Shown here piece by piece: positions 54,171-64,000 of a stretch of 64,000 nt of DNA. This DNA comes from an uncultured cyanobacterium (GTDB taxonomy: Bacteria; Cyanobacteriota; Cyanobacteriia; Cyanobacteriales; Cyanobacteriaceae). The stretch lies in the NCBI GenBank assembly GCA_963710605.1, contig CAVQBA010000007.1, forward strand, positions 128,001 through 192,000. Direction: 5' to 3'. The position numbers and the translations under genes were made by a program. How positions within the stretch are numbered: position 1 is the first letter of the stretch; every line of letters starts with the position of its first letter. The notes beneath the pieces were generated by a model, which made no database searches, had not been told where the DNA came from, and worked only from the letters and a program-made list of their open reading frames with translations.

Positions 54171-54623
54171 CTATAATTGAGTTGGTTTTAACTTAGTTAA
54201 TTTCAATTTAAAGTTACCACTACCTGTTTGTCCAAATGCTCTAACTCTAACTATATATTTTCCGGCGGCGACAATGCGAGTAAATAATAAAGAATTAGAA
54301 GTAGTGTCTGGTGCATCATCATTTTCGGCTACTGTTGTACCATCTTCGGCAATCAACACGAGAATACTATCAAAATCTTCTGAAAGTAAATCTATCGCTA
54401 TTTGATCACCTTCTTCTAAATAGATAAAATAATCTCTAGCAAATCCTCCTTCTCCTGTTGGTATATCTTTTGCGGTTAGTTGATCGTTAATTGATTGGTT
54501 TTCGACAATTGCGATCGGTTGATACATTTTTGATTGTGCTAAAGCACTAAATGTTAACCAATGAGAGGGGATTATTACTAACATCGCCAGATTAACAGTT
54601 AGAGTATATAAATTCTTCACCAT
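54171..54623 (-). CDS. PPC (pre-peptidase C-terminal) domain protein
   Basis: Signal peptide; GD...IDL.S.DFD, ENDD, G.Y.VRV. Confidence 0.8.
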   Translation of the reverse strand: MVKNLYTLTVNLAMLVIIPSHWLTFSALAQSKMYQPIAIVENQSINDQLTAKDIPTGEGGFARDYFIYLEEGDQIAIDLLSEDFDSILVLIAEDGTTVAENDDAPDTTSNSLLFTRIVAAGKYIVRVRAFGQTGSGNFKLKLTKLKPTQL

Positions 54624-54888
54624 CGATTAAGAGTAATAATATTTTTATTGCTTAATTTCATCTTAAAGAATCGATCGTCATTAAATCAATAATCTAGCAA
54701 TAATTTTAACAGTTAGTTGTTTTTTATACTCTAAATTGCACAACACCCAATTATCAATCCTTATAACTCAAATCAAATCAATAGCTAAATAATTGACTAT
54801 TACCAAGAAAAAAGAGCCGATTATCTATTCTCAATATTGCATAAAACACTATTTACCTCAGGAAGAATAGTTAACGCTAATTATAAAG

Positions 54889-56320
54889 TTGAGATTAATG
54901 ATCAATTTAGAACAACAAAGACTAGAAGCTCAAAATGAAACAACATCCACAGAAAGATTAAAAGAATTAGCCGTTTGTAATGATTTGATTACTCGTAAAT
55001 ATGTAGCAATGAACCCTAATGTACTACCATCTGTTTTACAAAATTTAGCAGGGCAATTTTTAGAGCCAGTTTTTAAAAATCCCGCAATCGACTTATTGTT
55101 GTTAACTAATCCCGATTTACTGTCGCAAATACACCATCGAAATCTGGTTCAAATAGCTCAAACAACTACCTCAGTTAATATTTTAAATGTATTAGCTAAA
55201 CATGAAAATAAAAAAGTCCGTCAAGCCGTGGCAAAAAATACGGAAGTAACAATTGAAATATTAAAAAAATTAGCCCAAGATTTTAGCTATGAAGTGAGAC
55301 AATTAGTAGCAGAACATCCTCAAATCAATCGAGAAATTATTAAGACAATTCTTTTTTACAAGTCTGCTGTTACAAAACTAAATTCACTCCAAATAGAAGA
55401 CAAAAAAACATCAATTTCAATATTTATCGATGGTCAAAATTGTATCATAGCAACTCCTCAACCTTGAAAGAGGTCATTTGAGCGGAGATGCTTATGTACT
55501 TGAAACTATTATTAGCCATCCAAATTTACCTTTAGTAAATTCTTGATCAGTTAAATTAAAAAAGTACCGGAAATTCTTAAATGGACTAAGGCTATTCGAT
55601 TAATTTTAGGTATTCTTGCTAATCCTAATATTTCTGTTTTGACCTTAAAATGGTTCGCAGGAAGAAAATATCATCAAATTCATAACGATATTATTTTTGA
55701 AACTAATATTCGGCATCTCGCACCATTTAGTAAAAATTCTGACAAAAACAAAGTATTACCTATTTCAACGAATCGACTAAAGGTTTATCGTATGAGCAAG
55801 TTGTTGATTATTTTAGACACAATAGAGAAGTACGTCAAATTCATTATAGTCAAGCTACACACTTAATTGGTCAAATATACTGGGCAATAGTACAACATCC
55901 AGCGACTCCAGAAAATGTAAAATCTAAATTATTACTGAAATTAACTAGCAATTCTGAGATACTTTTTTCCGTTCGTTATTATATGGCACAATCTTTAGAT
56001 ATTCCACCAATAATTTTTAGAAGATTGGTAAAATTTGGTTGTTATTTTGAGGTGAAATCGTTAATAGAAAATCCTCATACTCCTAATGACGTTTTAGCTG
56101 TACTAGCAAATAGCAAACTTGTCGAAACTCGTCTTATTCTTGCCGAGCATTGTAGTACGCCTAAAAATATTTTAGAGCTACTAGCCAAAGATACTCATTA
56201 GAAAAAATACGTACAATCATAGCTAATAAAGCGGCTACTCCTCGCCATATTATAGAGATGTTACGTGAAGACAAATCTCCACAAGTGCGTCAAGCCGCAT
56301 TTGGCTCACGTAATTACTAA
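54889..56320 (+). pseudogene. fragmented LRV-repeat protein
   Basis: N-terminus resembles the 4918 ORF (EQQRLEAQNE, TRKYVAMNPN); LRV-like pieces in several frames interrupted by stops. Confidence 0.7.
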
Positions 56321-56410
56321 GTTATTTCACAATATAAGAAAGTCGAGACAAATAATTAAGATAGATAACTCAAATAAATAACGAGATCTATATATAGCTC
56401 AAAATAAACT

Positions 56411-57178
56411 TTAGGCGATTAAACTAATATTTAAATCCTGATAAAATTCGTCTTGATGTAACTCTACTTTGGATTGAGAAGAAAGTAATAATAAAGCCCA
56501 AAATATACCCACTTTATCCGTTTTTTCTTCAGCTAAATGAGTTTGCCATTCACTAACTAATTTATCGAGTTGAATATTATTATCTGATTCTTGATTTAGT
56601 AAATTATGATTTAAAAATGTACTCAGTTGTTCAGCTAATTGAGTCAGATTTTCGTTATGAGCAAGTTCAATGATAGTCTTTAATGCTTGCTTACGGGTAT
56701 AACCTTTTTTCTTTTTTTGTAAAGTAAGCTGATGATTTATTTTCTTTTTACTAATTTGCTGATCAATAATTTGTAATTGAGTAATAAATTCGGCTAAAGT
56801 TACTTTTCTTTTTTTTTGTGGTGGTGCACAAGTACGACGTTTTATCTTTTTAGTAAGGTTATTATTGATATTTTTACGCTCATCTTCGGCTATTTCGATA
56901 GATTCTAAATATTCAGCAGAAAATTCGCTTTCTTCTTCTGGTTGATTTAGTCTTTCTAAGGTTTCGGCTTTGAATAATACTAATTTGGATGCCCATAACA
57001 TTACTTGCCCTGATTGCGATAAATCAGTTTCTTCTATCCCTAAATTATCGCTTCCATCAACTCCGACTTCGGCAAGAAAACGATCGATTATTTCGATTAC
57101 TTGTACATCCCAAGGGTTGATTTCTCCTGTTTGGGCTAATTCAATTAATGTAGCGATTGCTTCACTTGCTGGGCTCAT
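56411..57178 (-). CDS. scpA: segregation and condensation protein A
   Basis: GEINPWDV.VI..ID; FWALLLLS.Q.KVEL.Q.EFY.DL. Confidence 0.9.
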   Translation of the reverse strand: MSPASEAIATLIELAQTGEINPWDVQVIEIIDRFLAEVGVDGSDNLGIEETDLSQSGQVMLWASKLVLFKAETLERLNQPEEESEFSAEYLESIEIAEDERKNINNNLTKKIKRRTCAPPQKKRKVTLAEFITQLQIIDQQISKKKINHQLTLQKKKKGYTRKQALKTIIELAHNENLTQLAEQLSTFLNHNLLNQESDNNIQLDKLVSEWQTHLAEEKTDKVGIFWALLLLSSQSKVELHQDEFYQDLNISLIA

Positions 57179-57186
57179 TTTTTAAA

Positions 57187-57221
57187 GAGTAAGGAGTAAG
57201 GAGTAAGGAGTAAGGAGTAAG
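57187..57221. repeat. heptameric STRR-like repeat
   Basis: GAGTAAG x5; other heptamer runs near 16178, 27782, 29080, 32876 and 37368. Confidence 0.9.
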
Positions 57222-57260
57222 AAATTTTGATTGTTAATTGTCTCAATTATCAATTGTCAA

Positions 57261-58298
57261 TTATAATTGTCGTCTATTTTGACACAATGAAGTTGCTAAT
57301 TCGATCGCACTAATCATACTACTAGCATTAGCAATACCTTGACCTGCGATATCAAAAGCAGTACCATGATCAGGGGAAGTACGTACAAAGGGTAAACCAA
57401 TCGTTGTATTAATAGCTTGGTCAAATGCGATCGCTTTAACGGGTATTAAACCTTGATCATGATATAAAGCTAAAAAAGCATCAGCAACTTTAATATCAGT
57501 AGAATGAAACCAAGCAGAAGTCGGTTTTGTCCACATAGTATCAGGAGGAAGCAAACCAATTAATTTGGCTTGAGGATATTTTTGTTGTGCTTGAATTAAC
57601 CAATCATTTAACCATTCTTTTTCTTCTGTACCTAATTTACCCTCTTCTCCACTATGAGGATTTAAACCCGCTATGGCAATTGTCGGCTCAAAAATAGTAA
57701 AGTCTTGTTTTAAAGTATTAATCAACAAATCTAATTTCAAATTCATTAACTCTGGGTTAAGAGTGTCAGAAACTGCCTTAAGAGGAATATGAGTAGTTGC
57801 TAAAAGCGTTTTTAATACCCAACCTGTATAAGGAGATTTACCCACAAACATCATGCCGAATTTATCAACACCACTTTTTTGAGCTAAAACTTCAGTTTGC
57901 CCAGGATAATTATAACCGGCTTTTTGCCATAAATATTTAGCAATAGGGGCGGTAACGATACCATCAAATTTACCTTGTTTGGTTAATTCGATCGCTTTTT
58001 CTAAATAAAGAAAACTTGCTTTACCTGTTTCGGCATTACCTTCACCCCAATTAACATTATTTGGAGTGTAAACATCAATAACATCAAATTGATCTAGATG
58101 TGCTAGATTAGCACTATCAATTTTTTGTAAATGAACATACATCTGTTCTAAACAAAATTTTGAACCAACGATCGTTAAATTAGCATTATCAGCTAAAGTT
58201 TTATTAGACAGGGCTTTGAGGATAATTTCTGTACCTATACTAGCAGGATCACCCAAGGTAATGGCTAAATTAATTTTGGACTGAGAAGAAAATGTCAT
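57261..58298 (-). CDS. pdxA: 4-hydroxythreonine-4-phosphate dehydrogenase
   Basis: [25 protein letters not shown] and [14 protein letters not shown] motifs. Confidence 0.97.
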   Translation of the reverse strand: MTFSSQSKINLAITLGDPASIGTEIILKALSNKTLADNANLTIVGSKFCLEQMYVHLQKIDSANLAHLDQFDVIDVYTPNNVNWGEGNAETGKASFLYLEKAIELTKQGKFDGIVTAPIAKYLWQKAGYNYPGQTEVLAQKSGVDKFGMMFVGKSPYTGWVLKTLLATTHIPLKAVSDTLNPELMNLKLDLLINTLKQDFTIFEPTIAIAGLNPHSGEEGKLGTEEKEWLNDWLIQAQQKYPQAKLIGLLPPDTMWTKPTSAWFHSTDIKVADAFLALYHDQGLIPVKAIAFDQAINTTIGLPFVRTSPDHGTAFDIAGQGIANASSMISAIELATSLCQNRRQL

Positions 58299-58406
58299 TA
58301 AATTGCGATCAAGATATTTCTAATTGGCATTGATTGTAACTTAATAAATCAATAGACGATCGTTTAATTAATACAAAAATTTGGGCAAACGAGGGAAATA
58401 GTATCG

Positions 58407-58985
58407 GTGATTACACAAGAATTGACAATAATTCAAATATTAGCTATTTTATCCGCATCTGCGGCAGGAGGTATGAGAATTGGTTTACCCTTACTAGTTA
58501 TCGGTATCAGCAATCTTGATCAATTATGGACACAAGTACCTTTTTTAGCTAATTTTCCTCCCAAAATTTTAGTCGGTATTTTAACTAGTTGGTCGTTATT
58601 TGAATTATTAGGTACAAAAAAATTAGTTGGTTTGCGTGTTTTACAATTGATTCAATTAATCTTAAGCCCTCTGACTGGTGGAATTCTGGCTATTGGAGTT
58701 GCACGTTTACTGCAAGTTTCTTTTTCACCTTTATGGTTGCTAGGTATTGTTGGTGGTTTGTTTGCTTTAGTTTTAAAATTAGTTCAAGTTGGTTGGTTTT
58801 TTCGTTGGGGTAAAATGCCAATAGCTTTAATTTTCTTCGAGGATTGTTTATCGGCAATTTTAGTTTTACTTGCCATCAAAGCACCTGAAAACGGCGGCTT
58901 AATTGCCATGTTATTATTATGGATTGCTTTACGTAGCTCAACTGAATGGAAATATCGGTTTCAGAAAAAAGTGACTCAACAGTAA
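58407..58985 (+). CDS. DUF4126-like membrane protein
   Basis: SAAGG.R..LPLL; multiple TM segments; F.ED. Confidence 0.7.
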   Translation: MITQELTIIQILAILSASAAGGMRIGLPLLVIGISNLDQLWTQVPFLANFPPKILVGILTSWSLFELLGTKKLVGLRVLQLIQLILSPLTGGILAIGVARLLQVSFSPLWLLGIVGGLFALVLKLVQVGWFFRWGKMPIALIFFEDCLSAILVLLAIKAPENGGLIAMLLLWIALRSSTEWKYRFQKKVTQQ

Positions 58986-59583
58986 ATATCTTCGTAGATA
59001 ATTTAGAGAAATTATTATTAAGTTAAATACGATTGAATAAAGATGCTTTGCCAATATAAATTGTCGTTTTAGTAATCAAAATTTTGGTGGAAACGATCGT
59101 TTTTTAATCATTTATCAAAATATTATTTTAATTTTTGTAGTAATTAATATTAGAAGATATCGTAATGTTGTTATCTATAATGTTAGATAAATTATTCAAT
59201 TAATTAAAACATTAAAAACTCCCATTACTAAATTTATAAAGCTTATTGAAAGTAATTATTATTAAATAAATTTCGATTATAATTGTACAATTTTTCTTCA
59301 AAAAAAACTAAATAATATAAGTTTATGAAAGTTTTTAAAGTCGTTATCATCAAACTTCTATTTCTGATTTTGATCAGATAATTCTGCTGAAAAATTTAGT
59401 TATAACTTTTTTTAGTTGATATGTCGCTGTACTTTCTCTTTAACTAAATAAGTGATCTCACCCTTCAGTACATAAGATAAGCTTATTCTAATTGTATAAA
59501 ATATAAACTTTACAAATCATTAAGAATATGTCAAGATAGATAAATAATACTTAAGTAAAACTAAAAACCTATCGATATAACTT

Positions 59584-61314
59584 ATGACTACATTTATTGA
59601 TCAGAATAAAACAACTCAATCGACAAAAAGATTAACTATACAAACTGTAGAAATTGGCTCAGAAACTACGGCAATTCGTTGTTTGGATTGGGATCGAGAT
59701 CGCTTTGATATTGAGTTTGGTTTACAAAATGGCACAACCTACAATTCTTTTATCATTCAAGGTGAAAAGTTAGCTTTGGTTGATACAACTCATGCTAAAT
59801 TTCGTCAACTCTATCTGGATTTATTAACCGGTTTAATCGATCCATCTCAACTCGATTATTTAATTATCAGTCATACAGAGCCTGATCACAGTGGTTTAGT
59901 TAAAGATATTTTAGCATTAGCACCTCAAGTTACAGTAGTTGCGGCGAAGGTAGCAATTAAGTTTTTAACCGATATGGTGCATCAACCTTTTAATCATCAA
60001 ATTGTTAAAAATGGCGATCGTTTAGATTTAGGTAATGGGCATGAATTAGAGTTTGTTTCTGCCCCTAATTTACATTGGCCCGATACAATGTTTACTTACG
60101 ATTACAAAACACAAGTTCTTTATACTTGTGATGCTTTTGGGATGCATTATTGTGATGAGCCTACTTTTGATGAAAATTTAGAACTAGTTGAAGCCGACTA
60201 TGAATACTACTATAACTGTTTGATGAAACCTAATGCTCGATCGGTTTTAGGTGCGATTAAACGCATGGCAAAACTAGAACTAGAAACGATCGCTACAGGA
60301 CATGGTCCATTATTGCAATTTCATCGTGCTGAATTAGTAAATCGTTATCAGCAATGGAGTCAGGCACAAACCAAAACGGAAACTTTTGTTGCATTGTTTT
60401 ACTCGGAAGAATATGGCTACAGTGAAATTCTCGCCAGAGCGATCGCCCAAGGGATTATAAAAACAGAAGTAGCAGTAGAATTAGTTGACTGGAATAATAC
60501 CGAACCGCAATTGGTTAGAGAATTGGTATCCGAAGCCGCTGGTTTAGTTATCGGTATGCCTTCTCAATCAGATTCAGAAGCTCATATTATTCTCAATACT
60601 ATAGTTGCAACAGCCCACGGCAAACAATCAATTGGTTTATTTGAATCTGGTGGTGGAGAAGATGAGCCTATTTATCCTTTACGTAATCGGTTTCAAGAAA
60701 TTGGGCTGACTGAAGCATTCGAGCCAATTTTAGTTAAGCAATCGCCTAACCCTGTAGTTGAGCAAGTCTGCGATGAAGCTGGGACAGATTTAGGACAATG
60801 GTTAACTCGTGATCGTACTGTTAAAAAAGCTAAAGCGATCGATAATGACTTACAAAAAGCTTTAGGTAGAATTAGCAACGGCTTATATATCATCACTGCC
60901 AAAAAAGGCGAAATATCGAGTGCAATGGTTGCATCTTGGGTAACACAAGCTAGTTTTACTCCTTTAGGGATTGCGATCGCCGTAGCTAAAGATCGGGCGA
61001 TTGAATCTTTTTTACAAGTTGGCGATCGTTTTGTTTTGAATATCTTAGAAGAAGGAAATTATCAAAATCTAATTAGACATTTTCTCAAACGCTTTCCACC
61101 TGGTGTCGATCGCTTTGAAGGAATCAAAACTGTACCCGCTAGTAATGGTTCACCAATTATTGCCGAATCTTTAGCTTACATTGAATGTGAAGTTGAGAGT
61201 CGAATCGAATGTAGCGATCACTGGATTGTTTATAGTAATGTGCAAGCTGGTAGAGTTGCCAAACTAGATATTTTAACAGCCGTTCACCATCGCAAGGTTG
61301 GTAATCACTATTAA
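59584..61314 (+). CDS. flv4: flavodiiron protein, Flv3/Flv4 clade (Flv4 by context)
   Basis: Canonical di-iron ligands (HTEPDH, LHWPD, CDAFG, GHG), flavodoxin and flavin-reductase domains; first gene of a flv-PsiE-flv triad. Confidence 0.82.
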   Translation: MTTFIDQNKTTQSTKRLTIQTVEIGSETTAIRCLDWDRDRFDIEFGLQNGTTYNSFIIQGEKLALVDTTHAKFRQLYLDLLTGLIDPSQLDYLIISHTEPDHSGLVKDILALAPQVTVVAAKVAIKFLTDMVHQPFNHQIVKNGDRLDLGNGHELEFVSAPNLHWPDTMFTYDYKTQVLYTCDAFGMHYCDEPTFDENLELVEADYEYYYNCLMKPNARSVLGAIKRMAKLELETIATGHGPLLQFHRAELVNRYQQWSQAQTKTETFVALFYSEEYGYSEILARAIAQGIIKTEVAVELVDWNNTEPQLVRELVSEAAGLVIGMPSQSDSEAHIILNTIVATAHGKQSIGLFESGGGEDEPIYPLRNRFQEIGLTEAFEPILVKQSPNPVVEQVCDEAGTDLGQWLTRDRTVKKAKAIDNDLQKALGRISNGLYIITAKKGEISSAMVASWVTQASFTPLGIAIAVAKDRAIESFLQVGDRFVLNILEEGNYQNLIRHFLKRFPPGVDRFEGIKTVPASNGSPIIAESLAYIECEVESRIECSDHWIVYSNVQAGRVAKLDILTAVHHRKVGNHY

Positions 61315-61355
61315 AAATTTCAGGGTGAAGTATCAAATTACTCTTTTGACTATTA

Positions 61356-61461
61356 TATAGCAAGTAACGGGTGAGTTAGGACACTTTAATTGTATTTCCC
61401 CGTTTATAAGGGGGACCCGTGGGAGATCGATAACGTCCTAACCATCTTGTTTTCTGCCATA
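61356..61461. mobile_element. MITE-like element, TATAGC-N14-TTAGGAC ends, internal GC hairpin
   Basis: Left TATAGCaagtaacgggtgagTTAGGAC; right (reverse complement) TATGGCagaaaacaagatggTTAGGAC; internal TCCCCGTTTATAAGGGGGA. Confidence 0.72.
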
Positions 61462-61580
61462 GCTATTAGTAGTTATTTTGTTCACTTCACTAATTTCTCA
61501 GATCGACTTTCAAGATTGAATTGTATTTTACCTAACTATTCAATAACTAATCATTAACAACTAATAACCAAATATAACTC

Positions 61581-62135
61581 ATGAGTACGTTTAATAATTC
61601 ACAGGAGATTAAAACTCCATCCGTTGAAGGCAAAAATACTTCTTCATCAACTCCTTGGTATAAATGGTTAAACAGCCGTGGTGTGATTAAATTTTTGGAA
61701 TTTATCCAAGACCTTATTATCATATCTCTATGTATCGGTTTATTTGGCTTCATGACGCTTCAGTTAAAAGAGATGTTTGTTTCTCTGTTACCGCCTTTAA
61801 ATTTTACGCAAGTAACGGCTGATATTCTCTTTGTACTGATTTTAGTTGAGTTATTTCGCTTATTAATCATTTATTTACAAGAGCGTCGAGTTTCTATTGG
61901 AGTTGCTGTTGAAGTTTCTATTGTTTCGGTTTTAAGAGAAATTATTGTTAAGGGAATTTTAGATATTCCTTGGACTCAGGTATTAGCTACTTGTTCTTTT
62001 TTGTTAGTTTTATCAGTTTTGTTAGTAGTTAGAGTTTGGCTACCGCCTACTTTTGAAGGGGTCGATCCTGAGCAAAAAATATCTGAGCAATATAAAAAGA
62101 AAACCGAAAGTAATAAACAAAGTATCAGTCATTAA
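61581..62135 (+). CDS. PsiE-family membrane protein (Sll0218-like)
   Basis: Four TM helices, ILVELFRLL..YL, S.LREII; lies between two flv genes. Confidence 0.82.
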   Translation: MSTFNNSQEIKTPSVEGKNTSSSTPWYKWLNSRGVIKFLEFIQDLIIISLCIGLFGFMTLQLKEMFVSLLPPLNFTQVTADILFVLILVELFRLLIIYLQERRVSIGVAVEVSIVSVLREIIVKGILDIPWTQVLATCSFLLVLSVLLVVRVWLPPTFEGVDPEQKISEQYKKKTESNKQSISH

Positions 62136-62137
62136 TC

Positions 62138-62290
62138 ATACCAAATTCAAAAAAGAACAAGATAAATGAATGAGGACTAAATCCACGGGGCGTATTCCAT
62201 TCACCTGAAACTTCTTAGGTGAGGTGCCCCTCCTCTTAGAAAAGGGGACTTACTAAAAGCAACTGTAGCAAATTTAATTTGAATTGTTAT
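62138..62290. mobile_element. degenerate MITE-like element with ATACCAATTC-type ends and internal hairpins
   Basis: ATACCAAATTCAAA...TTTGAATTGTTAT; internal CCCCTCCTCTTAGAAAAGGGGACTT; similar end at 46512. Confidence 0.5.
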
Positions 62291-62318
62291 TACATTAAAC
62301 ATCAAATCATTAATAATC

Positions 62319-64000
62319 ATGACACAAACAAATATTCAGAAAATACCAGCTAAAAAAAGAGACGTTCAAGTAGCAAAGATTGGCACCAATACTCAAGTGT
62401 TACGATCGCGCACTTGGGATAGATTAAAGTTTGAAGTTGAATATTCACGTCAAAAAGGCACAACTTCTAATTCCTATTTAATTCAAGCTGATAAGACTGC
62501 CTTAATTGATCCACCTGGAGAATCTTTTACTCAAATTTATTTAGAAACATTAGAGCAACATTTGGATTGGCAGAAATTAGATTACATTATCTTACAGCAC
62601 GTTAATCCTAATCGCTTGGCAACCGTGCAAATGTTATTACAAAAAGCACCTCAAGCTCAAATAATTTGTTCTCAACCAGCAGTTAATGCCTTTAAAGCGA
62701 CTTCTATTTTCACTGAACAACGATCGAACAGTGCCACATCACAGACGCGATCGCCACGAGTAGTTAGAGATAATGATACTTTGGATTTAGGGCAAGGACA
62801 TCAACTTAAATTCATCCGTGTGACAACTCCTCGTTGGGTAGATGGATTGTGTACTTACGATCCTCAAAGTAAAATTCTCTACACCGATAAGTTTTTTGGT
62901 GCTCATTTATGTGATGAACCAATTTTTGATGATAACTGGAAAGAATTAGATCAAGATCGTCGTTTCTATTTTGACTGTCTTCATGCTTCCCAAACAAAGC
63001 AATTAGAAACAGCTTTGACTAAATTCGCCCCTTTTCCCAGTACAATTTATGCTCCTGCTCACGGTTCGTTGGTTAAATATAGCCTTAGCCGTTTTAGCTA
63101 CGATTATCAGCAGTGGTGTCAAGAACAAAAACAAAAAGCTCAAGAATTTAGAGTCGTTCTTCTTTATGCTTCAGCTTATGGTAACACCGCAACTGTATCT
63201 AGTGCGATCGCTCATGGATTAGTAAACTCAGGAGTAGCAGTAGAATCAATTAATTGCGAACAGGCTTCCTCTGAAGAAATTACTACCGCAATTCAAGCTT
63301 GTGATGGTTTTATTATTGGTTCACCAACATTAGCAGGGCATGCACCTACCCAAATTCAAACAGCATTAGGAATTGTTCTAGCTAACGCCGCCAAAACTAA
63401 ATTAGCTGGTGTTTTTGGTTCTTATGGTTGGAGTGGTGAAGCGATCGATATTTTAGAAAACAAACTCAAAGATGCTTCTTACAACTTCGGTTTTGAACCA
63501 ATTCGGGTTCGTTTTAGCCCCACGGCGACTATTTTAGAAGAATGTGTACAAGCAGGAGAAGAGTTTACTCAAAAACTGAAAAAAACCAAAAGACTACGTA
63601 CTCCTCGTCAGGCGGTAACAGAAACCCAAATCGATCGTACCGAACAAGCAGTTGGTCGAATTGTCGGCTCTATCTGCGTTTTAACTACTTGTCACAATGG
63701 TGTTCATAGCGGTATCCTTACTTCTTGGGTATCTCAAGCAACTTTTAACCCTCCTGGTGTCATGATTGCACTGAGTAAAGAACAAAATACGGAATTGATC
63801 AGTAATCCAGATAGTAAATTAGTTCTAAATATCCTCAATGAAGGTAGAAGTGTCAGAAGGAATTTTAGTGATCAAAGTACTAATTCTTTTGACAATGTAA
63901 CGACAAAAACTGCTGATAACGGTTGCTTAGTTATTGAAGAAGCCTTAGCTTATCTAGAGTGTACTGTCCAAAATCGTTTAGACTCTGGTGATCACTTTTT
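62319..64000 (+). CDS. flv2: flavodiiron protein, Flv1/Flv2 clade (Flv2 by context); runs off the window end, absent from ORF track
   Basis: Hand translation: MTQTNIQK..RSRTWDRLKFEVEY..GTTSNSYLI, non-canonical ligands QHVNPNR/PRWVD/TDKFFG, YASAYGNT, GSYGWSGEA. Confidence 0.85.
   Translation, partial: MTQTNIQKIPAKKRDVQVAKIGTNTQVLRSRTWDRLKFEVEYSRQKGTTSNSYLIQADKTALIDPPGESFTQIYLETLEQHLDWQKLDYIILQHVNPNRLATVQMLLQKAPQAQIICSQPAVNAFKATSIFTEQRSNSATSQTRSPRVVRDNDTLDLGQGHQLKFIRVTTPRWVDGLCTYDPQSKILYTDKFFGAHLCDEPIFDDNWKELDQDRRFYFDCLHASQTKQLETALTKFAPFPSTIYAPAHGSLVKYSLSRFSYDYQQWCQEQKQKAQEFRVVLLYASAYGNTATVSSAIAHGLVNSGVAVESINCEQASSEEITTAIQACDGFIIGSPTLAGHAPTQIQTALGIVLANAAKTKLAGVFGSYGWSGEAIDILENKLKDASYNFGFEPIRVRFSPTATILEECVQAGEEFTQKLKKTKRLRTPRQAVTETQIDRTEQAVGRIVGSICVLTTCHNGVHSGILTSWVSQATFNPPGVMIALSKEQNTELISNPDSKLVLNILNEGRSVRRNFSDQSTNSFDNVTTKTADNGCLVIEEALAYLECTVQNRLDSGDHF

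Noticed and set aside
3494-62997. Short ORFs overlapping larger genes (e.g. 3494, 3869, 7312, 11315, 11958, 18897, 20228, 20508, 26744, 29996, 33073, 36019, 36680, 40526, 41107, 42161, 42217, 52109, 53623, 56970, 60693, 61157, 61547, 62812)
   Set aside because: Antisense or alternate-frame shadows of well-supported CDSs, with no recognisable motifs

Overview
AT-rich cyanobacterial chromosome segment: CGATCG/HIP1-type sites are abundant, and ndhP, ycf39, ycf55-like, argZ and a flv4-sll0218-flv2-like operon are present. A Cyanobacterium/Geminocystis-like origin is my inference. Housekeeping genes (leuS, nadK, ftsH, sufS, proA, lpxB, rfbB, scpA, pdxA) are interspersed with many small repeats and decayed mobile DNA. 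Most notable: (1) a DUF559/Vsr-like endonuclease gene (18913-19305) bracketed by ~38-bp inverted repeats, each itself a GC hairpin, with about six solo relatives of that hairpin elsewhere in the window. This is a REP/RAYT-like layout with a PD-(D/E)XK-type nuclease in place of an HUH transposase. (2) Composite mini-elements with strictly spaced TATAGC-N14-TTAGGAC ends carrying different internal repeats. (3) A ~165-bp CAGGGCTG-ended MITE inserted into the hairpin family with a 12-bp duplication. (4) A ~6.6-kb block between duplicated rfbB 5' ends. (5) A solo TnpB element, a group II intron 3' remnant, an IS66 fragment and an orphan Rnl2-type RNA ligase. No tRNA, rRNA or CRISPR array was seen. 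All calls come from motif recognition by eye; no searches were run.
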